64,000 nucleotides of DNA from Candidatus Marinacidobacterales bacterium. Its GTDB lineage: Bacteria > Acidobacteriota > Vicinamibacteria > Marinacidobacterales > DATDRI01. Positions 17,465-28,135 of the stretch are shown in pieces (positions within the stretch are counted from its first letter, which is position 1; each line of letters begins with the position of its first letter). Made by a program: the position numbers and the translations under genes. Under the pieces are notes generated by a model. That model was not told the origin of the DNA. It searched no databases and was given only the letters and a program-made list of their open reading frames with translations. The DNA lies in the NCBI GenBank assembly GCA_965226495.1, contig OZ245365.1, positions 1,056,001 through 1,120,000 of the forward strand, read 5' to 3'.

Positions 17465-18364
17465 TTAGCGTTCCGACACTAACCCCGAGCCCAGAAGCTC
17501 GAGGGCAGCATCACGAACGAGAGGCCAGGTCGATGAAGCTGGATCGATCAGCTCGAAGTGCCCGGACTCCGGCGCTTCGATGAGTCGCACGTCATCGCCG
17601 GCCGCTTTCGCTGCCTCGAAGTAGCGAACGCCGATGGGGGCCCAGTCGTAGTCGTACTTACCGTTGATGAGGATCTGAGGCAAGCCGAGGGGCACGAGCT
17701 CCACGAGGGAAGCCTGGGCATAGTGGTCCGGAACGTCTTCTGGTGATCCTCCCACCAGTCTGTCGACCGCTCCTTCACAGGGACGTTTCTCATGAAGGTA
17801 GGCAAGGTCGGGAACCGAGGCAAGCGCAAGGACTCCCTTCAGCGGGATCGGATTTCCGAAACGGATGGGGCTATCGTCGGTCAGGCGGTGTCGAGCCGCG
17901 ACCCACAACGCGAGGTGGCCGCCCGCCGAATGGCCGATCGAAATGACGTGCTCGAGGTCGAGCGGGTAGTCCTTCGCTAGGATCCGGAGATGGTCGGCGC
18001 CGCGTGCAATGTCCTCGAAGGTCCCCGGCCACCCGCCGCCCTCGTTGCCGACTCTGCGGTACTCGAGGTTCCAGACGGCGATGCCGCTGTCAGCAAGGGC
18101 CTCGGCGAATCGCGCGTTGTGCTCGATGTTGTACATCGAGAGGAAGCAGCCGCCGTGGATCAAGATTGCGACCGGATAGGGTCCCGGTCCTTCGGGAAGT
18201 CTCAGATCGCCGAACTGGAGCTCGTCGTCACCATAGGGGATCCGCACATCGGCGGGCGGGGAATCCCATTTCGAGATGTCGTCCACCGTCAAGATTCGAG
18301 GTTGGGCAGCCGCCGCGGCGTTCCACCCCAGGATGATCCCGATGATAGTGACAGTAGTTTTCAT
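17465..18364 (-). CDS. Secreted alpha/beta hydrolase (esterase/lipase-like)
   Basis: Signal peptide, IHGGC oxyanion loop, EYRRVG, GHSAGGHLALW nucleophile, GHFELIDP. Confidence 0.88.
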   Translation of the reverse strand: MKTTVTIIGIILGWNAAAAAQPRILTVDDISKWDSPPADVRIPYGDDELQFGDLRLPEGPGPYPVAILIHGGCFLSMYNIEHNARFAEALADSGIAVWNLEYRRVGNEGGGWPGTFEDIARGADHLRILAKDYPLDLEHVISIGHSAGGHLALWVAARHRLTDDSPIRFGNPIPLKGVLALASVPDLAYLHEKRPCEGAVDRLVGGSPEDVPDHYAQASLVELVPLGLPQILINGKYDYDWAPIGVRYFEAAKAAGDDVRLIEAPESGHFELIDPASSTWPLVRDAALELLGSGLVSER

Positions 18365-18505
18365 GGGCTTGGATCCTAGCCTGTCTCCATCAGTTCAATC
18401 AAATCCCAGCGAAGGGCCCGTTCGGAAATCCCGACCAGGTACTATCAATACTTTCGTTTTTGCTTTATCTTGCGAACCGCGCGCACAAAGCGGCAGGAGG
18501 CGATT

Positions 18506-20335
18506 ATGAAACTGAGGTTCGTGGAGTCGAAATGGCGAACGCGGGTAGCGGTCGGCTTGATTTTGGTGCCGCTGCTATCGTGCGCGCCGTCGGCGGATCC
18601 TGCGCCGGATCTCATTCTGTTCAACGGCAAGATTCTCACCGTGAACGAAACGTTCGCGATTGCCGAGGCGGTTGCGATCGCCGGTGGACGGTTCGTTGCC
18701 GTCGGCGCATCCGAGGAGGTGCGCGCACTAGCCGGGGCTCGGACTAGGCAAGTCGATCTCGGCGATCTGACCGTCGTACCGGGCCTCTGGGATTCGCACA
18801 ATCACCAGTACAGCCGAGTGGCTCGCGAGCTTTCGAACGCGTCGCACGTGCGACATGTGGATCTCTCGCAGGTTCAGTCCGTCAAGGAGATCCAGGCGGC
18901 TATCGCCGAGCGGGCGCGGGACACCGAACCCGGTGTGTGGATCTACGGCTCACGGGGATGGTGGGAATACCGTTTGGCCGAGCAGCGCCTTCCGAATCGT
19001 CTGGATCTCGACGAAGCCGCTCCGCGCAATCCGGTGGTGATCCCGGGGCCGTCTCACTACGTCATTGCTAACACGATGGCGCTGACTCTCTCTGAAATAG
19101 ACCGGGATACTCCAGACCCGTACGGCGGGATTATCGAACGAGACGAAAAGACCGGAGAACCGACCGGCGTGCTCTTCGATCGTGCCGGAGCGTTGGTTCA
19201 GGGCGAGCCGCCGCCTTCGCTTAGCGCAGAAGAAGAGCTCGAAGGGCTTCGCCAAATCATCGATCGCCAGCACTCCCATGGCATTACATCCATTCGCGAG
19301 GCCGGTGTGGGCCCGGTCGCGGTCGACGCTTACAGGGCCCTCCTCGACGCAGGACGATTAACGCAGCGCGTCGATCTCTGGTATCGGCTCGACCCCTTGA
19401 GCAAGAAACCGGGAAGCGATGGCCATGTGCCCGGACTGCCGACCCTCGAACCGGCCGACCCGAGCGCCCTAAAGACGATGGGCGAAATAGAGGAAGAAGC
19501 TAACTCGCTACTGAGCCCGGGGACGATCTTCGGCGACGGCATGATCCGTATCGGCGGCATCAAAATGATCCTCGACGGCGCCGAGCGTAAGGCTTTCTTG
19601 AGAGAGGAATATCCGGGCCAGCCGGGCTATCACGGTGTCCTGTTTATTCCCGAGGAACAACTCACACGAGTTTCCATCCGGCTCAATCGCATGGGCTGGC
19701 CGGTCACAGCCCACGCAGTCGGGGATGCGGCCATCGACGTGCTTCTGAACGCCTACGAAGCGGCGAACGAAGACTCCAGCATTGTGGGCAAGCGCTGGGG
19801 CATCGAACATGCGTTTCTGGTCAGGCCGGAGCACTTCGATCGTGCGAGTCGGTTGAGGCTGACGGTCAACTCACAGTACCCGCACAACGCCCAGCTCGGT
19901 TCCATGATGATTCGCTCCTGGGGCGAGCGGATGGCGAATATGTGCTTACCGTTCAAGAGCTGGATGGAGCACGGCATCACATTGGCTGGCGGCTCCGACG
20001 GTCCGATCTCCTACCATTCCGATCCGATGCTGATTCTCTGGGGGTCGGTGACGCGTGGGACGTTGTGGGGTGGGGTGTTGGGGCCAGAGGAAGGGTTGGA
20101 TCGGGAACAGGCGCTCCGCACACTGACCATCAATGCTGCCTATGCTTCATTCTGGGAAGAGGAGCTCGGCTCGATTGAACCGGGCAAGTACGCGGATCTC
20201 GTGGTCCTCTCGGATGATTACCTGAATGTGCCCGAAGATGCGATCAGGGACATCGAGGTTTTGGTTACCGTGGTCGGAGGCGAACCTGTCCACGGTACGT
20301 TCGACAGACTTTCCGTAGCAGAAACCGAACCATAG
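18506..20335 (+). CDS. Amidohydrolase_3 (YtcJ-like) lipoprotein
   Basis: LLSC lipobox, VVPGLWDSHNH, HAVGDAA, IEHA, GSDGP, GSIEPGKYADLVVL; GGAGG RBS before ATG 18506. Confidence 0.88.
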   Translation: MKLRFVESKWRTRVAVGLILVPLLSCAPSADPAPDLILFNGKILTVNETFAIAEAVAIAGGRFVAVGASEEVRALAGARTRQVDLGDLTVVPGLWDSHNHQYSRVARELSNASHVRHVDLSQVQSVKEIQAAIAERARDTEPGVWIYGSRGWWEYRLAEQRLPNRLDLDEAAPRNPVVIPGPSHYVIANTMALTLSEIDRDTPDPYGGIIERDEKTGEPTGVLFDRAGALVQGEPPPSLSAEEELEGLRQIIDRQHSHGITSIREAGVGPVAVDAYRALLDAGRLTQRVDLWYRLDPLSKKPGSDGHVPGLPTLEPADPSALKTMGEIEEEANSLLSPGTIFGDGMIRIGGIKMILDGAERKAFLREEYPGQPGYHGVLFIPEEQLTRVSIRLNRMGWPVTAHAVGDAAIDVLLNAYEAANEDSSIVGKRWGIEHAFLVRPEHFDRASRLRLTVNSQYPHNAQLGSMMIRSWGERMANMCLPFKSWMEHGITLAGGSDGPISYHSDPMLILWGSVTRGTLWGGVLGPEEGLDREQALRTLTINAAYASFWEEELGSIEPGKYADLVVLSDDYLNVPEDAIRDIEVLVTVVGGEPVHGTFDRLSVAETEP

Positions 20336-20348
20336 GAGGTAGTTTGCG

Positions 20349-21344
20349 ATGTTGAAGAGCAAATACGCGCGGGTAACGATTTGCTTCAGTTTCGTTCTTG
20401 CACTCATGTCAACTTCATTCGTTGCGGCCCAAGACGGCGAGGAGCATCGAGGACCCGCTGGGGACGCCGAGGAACTGCAGTTCACTCGCGTCAATGGCGT
20501 CAGACTTGCTTACCGTATCGAAGGGGCTGGCGTTCCGGTCATTTTTCTCCATGCCGAGCCCGGGTCGCATGAGCAGTGGAGCTCCCAGATGGAGGCCTTT
20601 AGTCAAGAGTACCTCTTCATCAGCTATGACCGCCGCGGCAACGGTTCGTCCGAAGCGCCGGTCTACAGTTATTCGCCCCGTGCTCACGCCGAGGACCTAA
20701 ATCAGCTGATGAATTTTCTCGGCCTCCGCGACGCACACTTCGTCGCGACTTCCCGGAGCGGAATGATCATCCTCATATTCCTCAAGCACTACCCGGAGAA
20801 GGTGCGAAGCATTATTTTTGCAGACGCGATGACACCTCTCGTGAAGCTCCCACCGCTCTGGCAACACATCATCGACCGGCGATTGACGGAACCGGTTCCG
20901 TCTCTGGAAGAGGTTCTGAAGCGACGCGAGGCTCGGAAGCATCTACCGGGGTTGAAAGTGGCAAGGTCTATGCCGCATGTGCGAGAAATCTTGGATCGAA
21001 TGGTAGATCAGTACAGTCCTCGCATCTACCTCACACCGCAGAGGTCCGACATTACGTCTACTCTAGACATCGGTCCTTGGAACCATCGCGACTTTCCGGA
21101 GATGACGAAGATGTATCAGCCAATGCTCTTGCTGGTTGGCGAGCTGACCGATCCTCTCTTTGCAGAAGGCTCCAAGGAGGCGCACAAGCTTTGGCCGAAC
21201 TCTCGTTACCACGTGATTCCCGGAACGGATCATCTGCTGATGCTCGAGGCGCCCGAAGAGTTTAATCGTCTTTCTCTGGAATTCCTGGCCGGCGTGGACG
21301 AGCGTAGGAGACAGAGGGACGAGTGGGTGGGACAGGTCCCGTAA
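20349..21344 (+). CDS. Secreted alpha/beta fold hydrolase with non-canonical nucleophile elbow
   Basis: Signal peptide; YDRRGNGSS, VGELTD, HLLMLEAPEEFN; ATSRSG in place of GxSxG. Confidence 0.8.
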   Translation: MLKSKYARVTICFSFVLALMSTSFVAAQDGEEHRGPAGDAEELQFTRVNGVRLAYRIEGAGVPVIFLHAEPGSHEQWSSQMEAFSQEYLFISYDRRGNGSSEAPVYSYSPRAHAEDLNQLMNFLGLRDAHFVATSRSGMIILIFLKHYPEKVRSIIFADAMTPLVKLPPLWQHIIDRRLTEPVPSLEEVLKRREARKHLPGLKVARSMPHVREILDRMVDQYSPRIYLTPQRSDITSTLDIGPWNHRDFPEMTKMYQPMLLLVGELTDPLFAEGSKEAHKLWPNSRYHVIPGTDHLLMLEAPEEFNRLSLEFLAGVDERRRQRDEWVGQVP

Positions 21345-21366
21345 CGGCCCGTATGGAGAAAACGTC

Positions 21367-22437
21367 GTGAACAAACAATCAATAATCCACTCGCTCTCCT
21401 TCCTTTTTCTGGCGGTGACGGGTTTCGCTCAAGAACCGGCGGAATGGAGCGATGGACTGTACTTCCACACTTTCTCCATCGCTGCCGTGGATCCCATCAC
21501 GGGAGAATCAGGTGTTGCCGTTACTACCCGCGTGCCATGTGTGGGAAACGGTGTTCCTTGGGTGAGAGCTGGAGTCGGTGCGGTCGCCACCCAGGCCAAC
21601 ACTAGAGTGGAGTACGGTATCGAGCTTCTGGATTCGCTGGCCGCCGGTATGAGCGCGAAAGAAGCGTTGGCCAAGGCCGTCGCCGCGGATGAAGAGGCCG
21701 CCCATCGACAGGTTGGGGTCATCGGTCTTCAAGGAGGTGGCGCGCAACACACTGGAGACGAGACTTACGATTGGGCGGGGCATCGCGCGGGATCGAATTA
21801 TGTCGCGCAGGGGAACCTTCTCGTCGGTCCCCAAGTCGTGGAAGCGGTTGCCGCGTCGTTCGAAAGCACGGAAGGGAGCGGTCGTCATCTGGCCGACCGG
21901 CTGGTTGAAGCGCTCGCCGCCGGCCAGCTCGCGGGAGGGGATGCTCGAAAGGGTCGCTTGCAATCCGCCGCTGTCATCGTCGCCGATCCCAGGCCGGGGC
22001 GTTCGAGGCGACCCGACGGACAGACAACCAACATTAATGTATGCGAGAACCCCGAGCCGGTGGCGGAGCTCCGCCGGATCTACGACTCCATTTCCCGGAC
22101 GCTCGGCTATCGTACTCTGGAGCAATTCTCGGGAAACGACGTCTGGCAACTCAAGCTGATCCTGCACGCTCTAGGCCGTTACCGGGCCGACGAGCCGATG
22201 CCGGAGCCTGGGCCTGGGCGTGGGCCTGGGAACGAAGCGAACGTCTATACCCTCGAAGCGGTGGAGGCAGTCGACGCCTTTAGGGAAGCGGAGGGACTTT
22301 CGACTTCCGACCTCGGCTCACCGCCGGGCTTAGTCGATGAGGAGACCGTCGAGCGATTGTGGGCGGCGCTGGAGCGGGCGGGAAAGGCCGAGGCAGTTCG
22401 CGCGCGGATCCGAGAGCTGACGGCCGTCCGCCGATAG
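21367..22437 (+). CDS. DUF1028 (Ntn-hydrolase-like) protein with C-terminal peptidoglycan-binding-like domain
   Basis: TFSIAAVDP.TGESGVAV, GVGAVATQA, HTG, QGNLLVG, GGDARKG.LQSAA; GLVDEET C-terminal motif. Confidence 0.88.
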   Translation: MNKQSIIHSLSFLFLAVTGFAQEPAEWSDGLYFHTFSIAAVDPITGESGVAVTTRVPCVGNGVPWVRAGVGAVATQANTRVEYGIELLDSLAAGMSAKEALAKAVAADEEAAHRQVGVIGLQGGGAQHTGDETYDWAGHRAGSNYVAQGNLLVGPQVVEAVAASFESTEGSGRHLADRLVEALAAGQLAGGDARKGRLQSAAVIVADPRPGRSRRPDGQTTNINVCENPEPVAELRRIYDSISRTLGYRTLEQFSGNDVWQLKLILHALGRYRADEPMPEPGPGRGPGNEANVYTLEAVEAVDAFREAEGLSTSDLGSPPGLVDEETVERLWAALERAGKAEAVRARIRELTAVRR

Positions 22438-22454
22438 CGCGTTCCAAGAAGCTC

Positions 22455-23105
22455 TTATGGCTGGTGGGTATAGGGCTCTATCGTGAGCTTCGTTCCTGTG
22501 TAGTTCCCATCTGGAGCCACGGAGGGAAATTTGTACTCAGGTCGACTTAGTATCTCAAACACGGCGGGGTCTCTTTCCTTCAGAAGCTCTCTCGTATTGA
22601 GTTTCCATTCGTGCCCAATCTGCTCCAAACGTCCGGGAATGTCCTGCGCCCCGAGGAAGGAAGTAAAATAGGCACCTCCCCATCCGTAGTCCGAGACCAT
22701 GTGCAAGATCTCCTCGAGCGCCGTATCGAAAACGCCCTTTGCTTTTGCATTGGGACGTGTTTCCTCGTCATACAGGCCCTGTCCATTTGGACGCGAGTCT
22801 CTGGGTATGTTCCTACGTTCTTCCTGCGTCTTCGTCATGACGATGGCGCCCTTTGCCTCGATGATAGCTTCCAGGATCTTCGGGTTGTCGGGCTTCCCAT
22901 CCTCGTCGTTATCGATGTACTGAGCGAGAACACCAGCCGCATGCATCAGTTTGTCGTCGCCCGTCGTGTTGGTTGCATAGATCGGCACGCCCAATACATT
23001 CACTTTCTTAGTGAATGCCACTTGCTGCGCAAGTAGAACCGAACCGTCGACAGACAGCACCACAACACAGGCGAGCGTCGCGATTACGCCAATCCGCGAT
23101 CTCAT
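22455..23105 (-). CDS. Secreted hypothetical protein with EEILH (zincin-like) motif, probably internally deleted
   Basis: Signal peptide, HAAGVLAQYIDNDEDG, LEEILH, TSFLGAQ, EWKLNT. Confidence 0.55.
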   Translation of the reverse strand: MRSRIGVIATLACVVVLSVDGSVLLAQQVAFTKKVNVLGVPIYATNTTGDDKLMHAAGVLAQYIDNDEDGKPDNPKILEAIIEAKGAIVMTKTQEERRNIPRDSRPNGQGLYDEETRPNAKAKGVFDTALEEILHMVSDYGWGGAYFTSFLGAQDIPGRLEQIGHEWKLNTRELLKERDPAVFEILSRPEYKFPSVAPDGNYTGTKLTIEPYTHQP

Positions 23106-23960
23106 AGTCCCCAGCCTTCTCTGAACGCGGGTTTGATGGACTGGTCGGCTTCCGGTGCATCGGTGGCCTTCATGTTCGGGCCATCCCAGTAGATCTTCTT
23201 GCCCGTCCGCAGCGCGACATTGCCTAGCAAGATTGTTTCGGTCATGGGCCCGGAGTAGTCGAAGTTGCCGTGCACGGGATCGCCGCTCTTGCAGGCGTCT
23301 ATCCAGCCTCGATGGTGGCCGGGAACCCGGAGGATCGTTTTGGGTGGTCGCTGGTAGGCCTTCATCTTGGACTCAGGAATAATCCGGGGGGAGCCAGCCC
23401 AACCACCGCACATAATGACGCCGTGGTCGCCTACAAAATAGATTCCGTTCTCTCCCATTCTGCGACCCTCTCCAACTCGCTGGGGCGTGGGGGCATCAAG
23501 CCGCCGTCGTACCATTTCATAGTTACCGGCGACATGTTGCCGCGGGCCGGGAACTCATAATGATAGAGCGCGCCAGCGGGCACGGTGTCATCACTGAATC
23601 GGGTGGAGGTTGCTTCTACATTAGTAGGAGGACTCAAGTCCAGGGCCCAAAAGGCGGGATCCAGATTGTGACAGGCCATGTCGCCGATCGCGCTGGTGCC
23701 GAACTCCCACCAACCGCGCCAATTGTACGGTGCGTAGGCAGAGTGATAGGGCCGTTCCGAGGCGGGGCCGAGCCAGAGATCCCAGTTCATCCCCTCCGGT
23801 ACCGGTTCCGCCTCCCGCGGTCTCCGGTCCGTTTCCAGCCAAGAGAGTCCTCCCGAGCTACTCCAACCGTGGACTTCCCGTACCGGCCCAATCGCGCCGT
23901 CTCGTATCCACTCTCGCGTCAAGCGGATCCCCTCCTCAGAGTGACCATGACCTTGCGATC
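23102..23960 (-). pseudogene. Gfo/Idh/MocA oxidoreductase, truncated and frameshifted
   Basis: WDLWLGPA, NWRGWWEFGTSAIGDMACH in 23431..23922; continues in another frame (23102..23515); NAD-binding N-terminus missing. Confidence 0.8.
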
Positions 23961-24009
23961 TATCGGTTCCTCACCGTCGGGGATTTACGACAATAGTGAA
24001 CGAAACCGA

Positions 24010-25461
24010 CTATGCAGTCGCGGATGCTCGAGCGATCTCGGCCGCGGCTTCCAATGAGCCGACAGACCAGCAGAGGGAGATGAGCTTCTCCGTCTGTTTG
24101 GAGCTCAAGATTCCCTCGGCTTGACCTCGAAACTTGGCCTCCAAGTCGGCGTCCGTCATGGGGCGTTTCAGACTTCCGATGGCGTGTTCGATATGCTCTG
24201 TCAGCTTGCGTCCGTCGCTGAGCACGATCGTCACGTAAGCTTCGTCCTCGCGTATGCCACTTTCAGTCACGGCAGTGACGCGATCGCGCAAGGCGATGAC
24301 CTCGGGAGCCTGGACGGTGGCGTCGGTGAATTCCTTTTGTCCGGCGGCGCCGCGAAGGATGGCCACGGCGCTCGAGTGGTAGACGCTGAACTTTCCCTCT
24401 AGACCAGTAGAGGGGGACTTCTTGCCAGTAAGCTCCAAAACCAAAGGGTGTACACGGAGCTCCACCCGCTCGATACTCTCGGCCACGAGTTGGTGCTCGC
24501 GACGCAATTGAATGCAGCCGTCGATCACGGGATGTATCACGATGCCGCAGGCGAACGGCTTGTAGGTGTTGCGGGTGATCTCGAAGTTTTCTCCCAAGCC
24601 TTCGGTGATTGCTGAGAAATCACGTTCCTCGGATAGAACATAGGCGAAACCACGAGGCGCTTCGAGAACTCGTTCGGAGCTGGTGAAGTCCTTGGACGCC
24701 AGCAAGGCCGAGGTGAGTCCGTTCTGGGCAGCCCGGCCAGGGTGGAAGGATTTGCACATCGTGCCGAACATCTCCCGAAGTCCCGCCGATTGAGTGCCCG
24801 CAATCCCGAGAGCCCAAGTCATCTGCCGCTCATCGAGCCCGATTAGCTTGCCTGCCGCGGCGGCCGCTCCGAACACACCCGCGGTTCCAGTGATGTGGTA
24901 CCCCCGGTCGTAGTGCCATGGATAAACGGATCGACCGATGCGGCACTCTACATCCACGCCGAGGGTGAAGGCGTGAAGGAACTGTTCGCCGCTCACCGGT
25001 CGTTTTTCCGCGAGGGCTAGGATCGCCGAAGCCACCGGTCCAGCCGGGTGAATGATTGTTTCGAGATCGGTGTCGTCGAAGTCCAGGACGTGCGAGCTGA
25101 TCCCATTCACGAGGGAGGCGTGCAAGACGTCGAGGCGCTCCCCCCGGCCGATGACGGTCGCCACCCGGGGCCCGGAGAACTCCGACAAAGCTGCCAAGGC
25201 TCGCTCGACCGTCTCTTGGTGAGAGCCGCCCACGGCGCAGCCGACCCAGTTCAGGACGGATCGGGTCGCCTCCTTTCGCGCCGGTTCGGGAACGTCGGAC
25301 CATTTCGAGGCCACCACATATCGGGCGAGCTGGCGGGTCACGTCGCCATCTGGTGTGGGACGGCTTGATTTCGCCATGCCCATCGGAGCGGCCTGGGAAA
25401 CACCGAGTACAGCGGATGTCTTAAGGAACGTTCGTCTCGAGATATTTCTCTCTTGGTTCAT
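24010..25461 (-). CDS. MmgE/PrpD family protein with Tat signal
   Basis: ISRRTFLK leader; NGISSHVLDFDDT...HP, GYHITGT, KSFHPG, KPFACG, EGKFS. Confidence 0.88.
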   Translation of the reverse strand: MNQERNISRRTFLKTSAVLGVSQAAPMGMAKSSRPTPDGDVTRQLARYVVASKWSDVPEPARKEATRSVLNWVGCAVGGSHQETVERALAALSEFSGPRVATVIGRGERLDVLHASLVNGISSHVLDFDDTDLETIIHPAGPVASAILALAEKRPVSGEQFLHAFTLGVDVECRIGRSVYPWHYDRGYHITGTAGVFGAAAAAGKLIGLDERQMTWALGIAGTQSAGLREMFGTMCKSFHPGRAAQNGLTSALLASKDFTSSERVLEAPRGFAYVLSEERDFSAITEGLGENFEITRNTYKPFACGIVIHPVIDGCIQLRREHQLVAESIERVELRVHPLVLELTGKKSPSTGLEGKFSVYHSSAVAILRGAAGQKEFTDATVQAPEVIALRDRVTAVTESGIREDEAYVTIVLSDGRKLTEHIEHAIGSLKRPMTDADLEAKFRGQAEGILSSKQTEKLISLCWSVGSLEAAAEIARASATA

Positions 25462-25657
25462 GAGTCTCCCCAGCTTTGTGTCGTGGCCGCCATATCGGCG
25501 TTGGCACGATCGTTGCCGTTTCCCGGTGGCAGGTCAAGTGCGCGATGAGGGTTGAGAAGCTGCGGCGTGTCGCGCCCCCACCGTGGTAACATCTGCTGCC
25601 ACCCCTGAGTGGCGTACCTCGAGAACCAACGTTCTTCCACGGATTCAAGGAGACATC

Positions 25658-28135
25658 ATGCGGATCCTCTTAGCATCGCCCGCGCTCTTTATGATCACGG
25701 CGGGTTTGGCTAGTTTGACAAGCTTGGCAGGGGCCCAAGTGCGGCCGACCGACCCGGGTGCTGGCAGAAGCATTACCATCGCCGTCGTTCGCGACGGGCC
25801 GATGCCAGAAGACTTCTCGACGCGCGTCGAAAGCGAGCTACGGGAAGTGGCGGCTCCCGACACCGAGCTCCATTTCGTGAGGACTCCGGAGCTCGACGGG
25901 CAGTGGGATCCCGCGAGCGCTCGAGAAGCGCTTCGCGCCGCACTCGATAACCCGGACATTGACTTCGTCCTGGCACTTGGAGCCGGTGTTAGCGCCGCGG
26001 CCGCCGAAGTGCCCCTGTCGAAGCCGGTCGTCGCGACGTGGGCCCAGCGGCCCGACTTTGGCGTCATCCATGAGCACGAAAACAATCGCTCGCAAACCGA
26101 GAACCTCGCGTTCATGGCGATACCGCAACTACTAGAAACCGATTTAGGCTCGCTGCGGAGTATCTTCCCGTTTCCCGAAGCGGCTCACCTGCTCTTGCCG
26201 GAATCGTATATCGGTGCCAACGAGAATCTCAGCTCGGAAATACAGGCCCTCGAAGAGGGTGTCGGAGTTCGAATCCAGCTGGTCCCTCTCGGGGCGAGCG
26301 TCTCCGAATCGATGGCGACAATGCCAGCTGATGCCGTCGTCGCATTCGTTGGACGCACTCCAGAGTGGGCGGCCTCCGATCGACGCGCGCTCTTCGAGGC
26401 GCTGACCGCCCGCGGTATCCCAACCTATGGTCTCGTCGGCCACGCCGACGTCGAGATAGGCGCTCTCGCCGGAAGGACGCCCGATATTTCTCAGCTCGTC
26501 GCGCGGCGCGCAGCACTCAACTTGAACGAGCTCATTCGAGGTAGCTCCACCGACGTTCTCCCGGTCATGCTCGACGTCGATCCGGTGCTCTTGGTCAATG
26601 GAAAAACGGCGACGGCACTAGACTATGTGCCGACCTATGAAGCACTCGTCACCGCTCGGTTTCTTTTCGAGGACGTGATGCGCAAGGATGAACAGCCCCT
26701 GAGTTTCCCGGAAGCACTCACCCAAGCGAACGAAGGCAACCCGTTCCTCCGAGCTTCCGAGCAAGCAGTGCAAACGTCCTATCACTCGTGGAAGCTCGCC
26801 AAGAGCCCGCTTCTCCCTCAAGCATTTGCCGGACTGGCAGCGTCCGGTCGTAACGTCCGCGGACTCGAGGGGTTGATTCCGGACAAAATCTTGAATGGCG
26901 GCTTTAGCGTGCGCCAGATGATCTACGATGACGCCCGCGTCACCGACTACAAGTCCGAGGGCCGCCTCTATGAGGGGAGTCAGGAAGGGTTCGAAGTCGA
27001 TCGGCTGGATGTATTGGCGGACGCGGGTAACGCATTTCTGAGCTTGGTGCTCTCGGAGATTCTGTTCCGTGTCGACGCCGACAACCTCCGGCTCACCCGC
27101 GACAATCTCGAGCTTTCAAAGGTTCGACTGGACGCAGGCTATTCGGGGCTCGACGAAGTGTATCGGTGGGAGTCGGAGCTCAACTCGCGCCAGAGCATCC
27201 TCTTTAGGAGCCGATCGAATATCGAACAGGAGCGGATCGCGCTCAACCAGATTCTCGGGCTCCACCAGTACCTACGCTGGCGGCCCGAGGAGATCGACGT
27301 CGATCCGAAAGTGTTTCCCTTTCTGGGCGGCGGCCTGAGCGGTTACCTGAAGGATCCGCAAAAATTGGACAGCTTTCGTCAGTTCTTGGTACAGTTCGCG
27401 TTCGAGAACACGCCGGAGCTTTCCGTGCTGCAGAAAGCCCTCGAAGCTCGGCAGCTTCAGCGCGACCAGCGTGGGCGGCGGTGGTGGCTGCCCGTCTTCG
27501 ACACCGGCTTCCAGTGGGGCTACGACATCGCTCGCACTCCAGATCTGCCTGACTTGGATCGGAGCGACTGGATGTGGGACATTCAGGCCGCCTATCCCAT
27601 TTTCGAAGGGGGCGCGCGTGCTGAAGACGAGAAGCTCAATGTCTCCGAGGTAGCGCGGCTCGAGAAGGAGATCATCGATGCCCGTCAGATCGTCGAGCGT
27701 CGGGTGCGCACTTCGGTGCGCGCCATCGAGGGTTCCTTTCCCAGTATCGGCTATCTGAACGCGGCGGCGGAGGCGGCGCGGCGGAACTTCGAGATCGTCC
27801 AAGACCGGTACACTGAGGGGCTGGTCAACGTGACCGACCTCCTGGACGCTCAGAACGATCGTTTCATTACCGAGCGGACCGCACGCGGTGCGCAGTACGC
27901 GTTCCTGCTCGATTTGGTCGCGCTCCAGCGAGCCATCGCGTGGTTCGAAGATATGAAAACCAAAGAAGAACGGGATCAACTTCTGGAACAGGCACGAGCC
28001 TATGTCGACAGTCCGACGCCTCCGCCTCCAGAGGGCGATGCGGCTAGGGTTTTCGACCTGGTAGCGCCTAGTGGGCCCGCACCGAATCGAGCGCGGGCCG
28101 GAGTTGAGAGCGTTTTCTCGGGGAGGAAGCCATGA
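25658..28135 (+). CDS. TolC-family outer membrane protein with N-terminal ABC substrate-binding-like domain
   Basis: About 330-aa N-terminal alpha/beta domain, then OEP repeats (DVYRWESEL, RYTEGLVNVTDLLDAQ); RBS GGAG before ATG 25658. Confidence 0.82.
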   Translation: MRILLASPALFMITAGLASLTSLAGAQVRPTDPGAGRSITIAVVRDGPMPEDFSTRVESELREVAAPDTELHFVRTPELDGQWDPASAREALRAALDNPDIDFVLALGAGVSAAAAEVPLSKPVVATWAQRPDFGVIHEHENNRSQTENLAFMAIPQLLETDLGSLRSIFPFPEAAHLLLPESYIGANENLSSEIQALEEGVGVRIQLVPLGASVSESMATMPADAVVAFVGRTPEWAASDRRALFEALTARGIPTYGLVGHADVEIGALAGRTPDISQLVARRAALNLNELIRGSSTDVLPVMLDVDPVLLVNGKTATALDYVPTYEALVTARFLFEDVMRKDEQPLSFPEALTQANEGNPFLRASEQAVQTSYHSWKLAKSPLLPQAFAGLAASGRNVRGLEGLIPDKILNGGFSVRQMIYDDARVTDYKSEGRLYEGSQEGFEVDRLDVLADAGNAFLSLVLSEILFRVDADNLRLTRDNLELSKVRLDAGYSGLDEVYRWESELNSRQSILFRSRSNIEQERIALNQILGLHQYLRWRPEEIDVDPKVFPFLGGGLSGYLKDPQKLDSFRQFLVQFAFENTPELSVLQKALEARQLQRDQRGRRWWLPVFDTGFQWGYDIARTPDLPDLDRSDWMWDIQAAYPIFEGGARAEDEKLNVSEVARLEKEIIDARQIVERRVRTSVRAIEGSFPSIGYLNAAAEAARRNFEIVQDRYTEGLVNVTDLLDAQNDRFITERTARGAQYAFLLDLVALQRAIAWFEDMKTKEERDQLLEQARAYVDSPTPPPPEGDAARVFDLVAPSGPAPNRARAGVESVFSGRKP

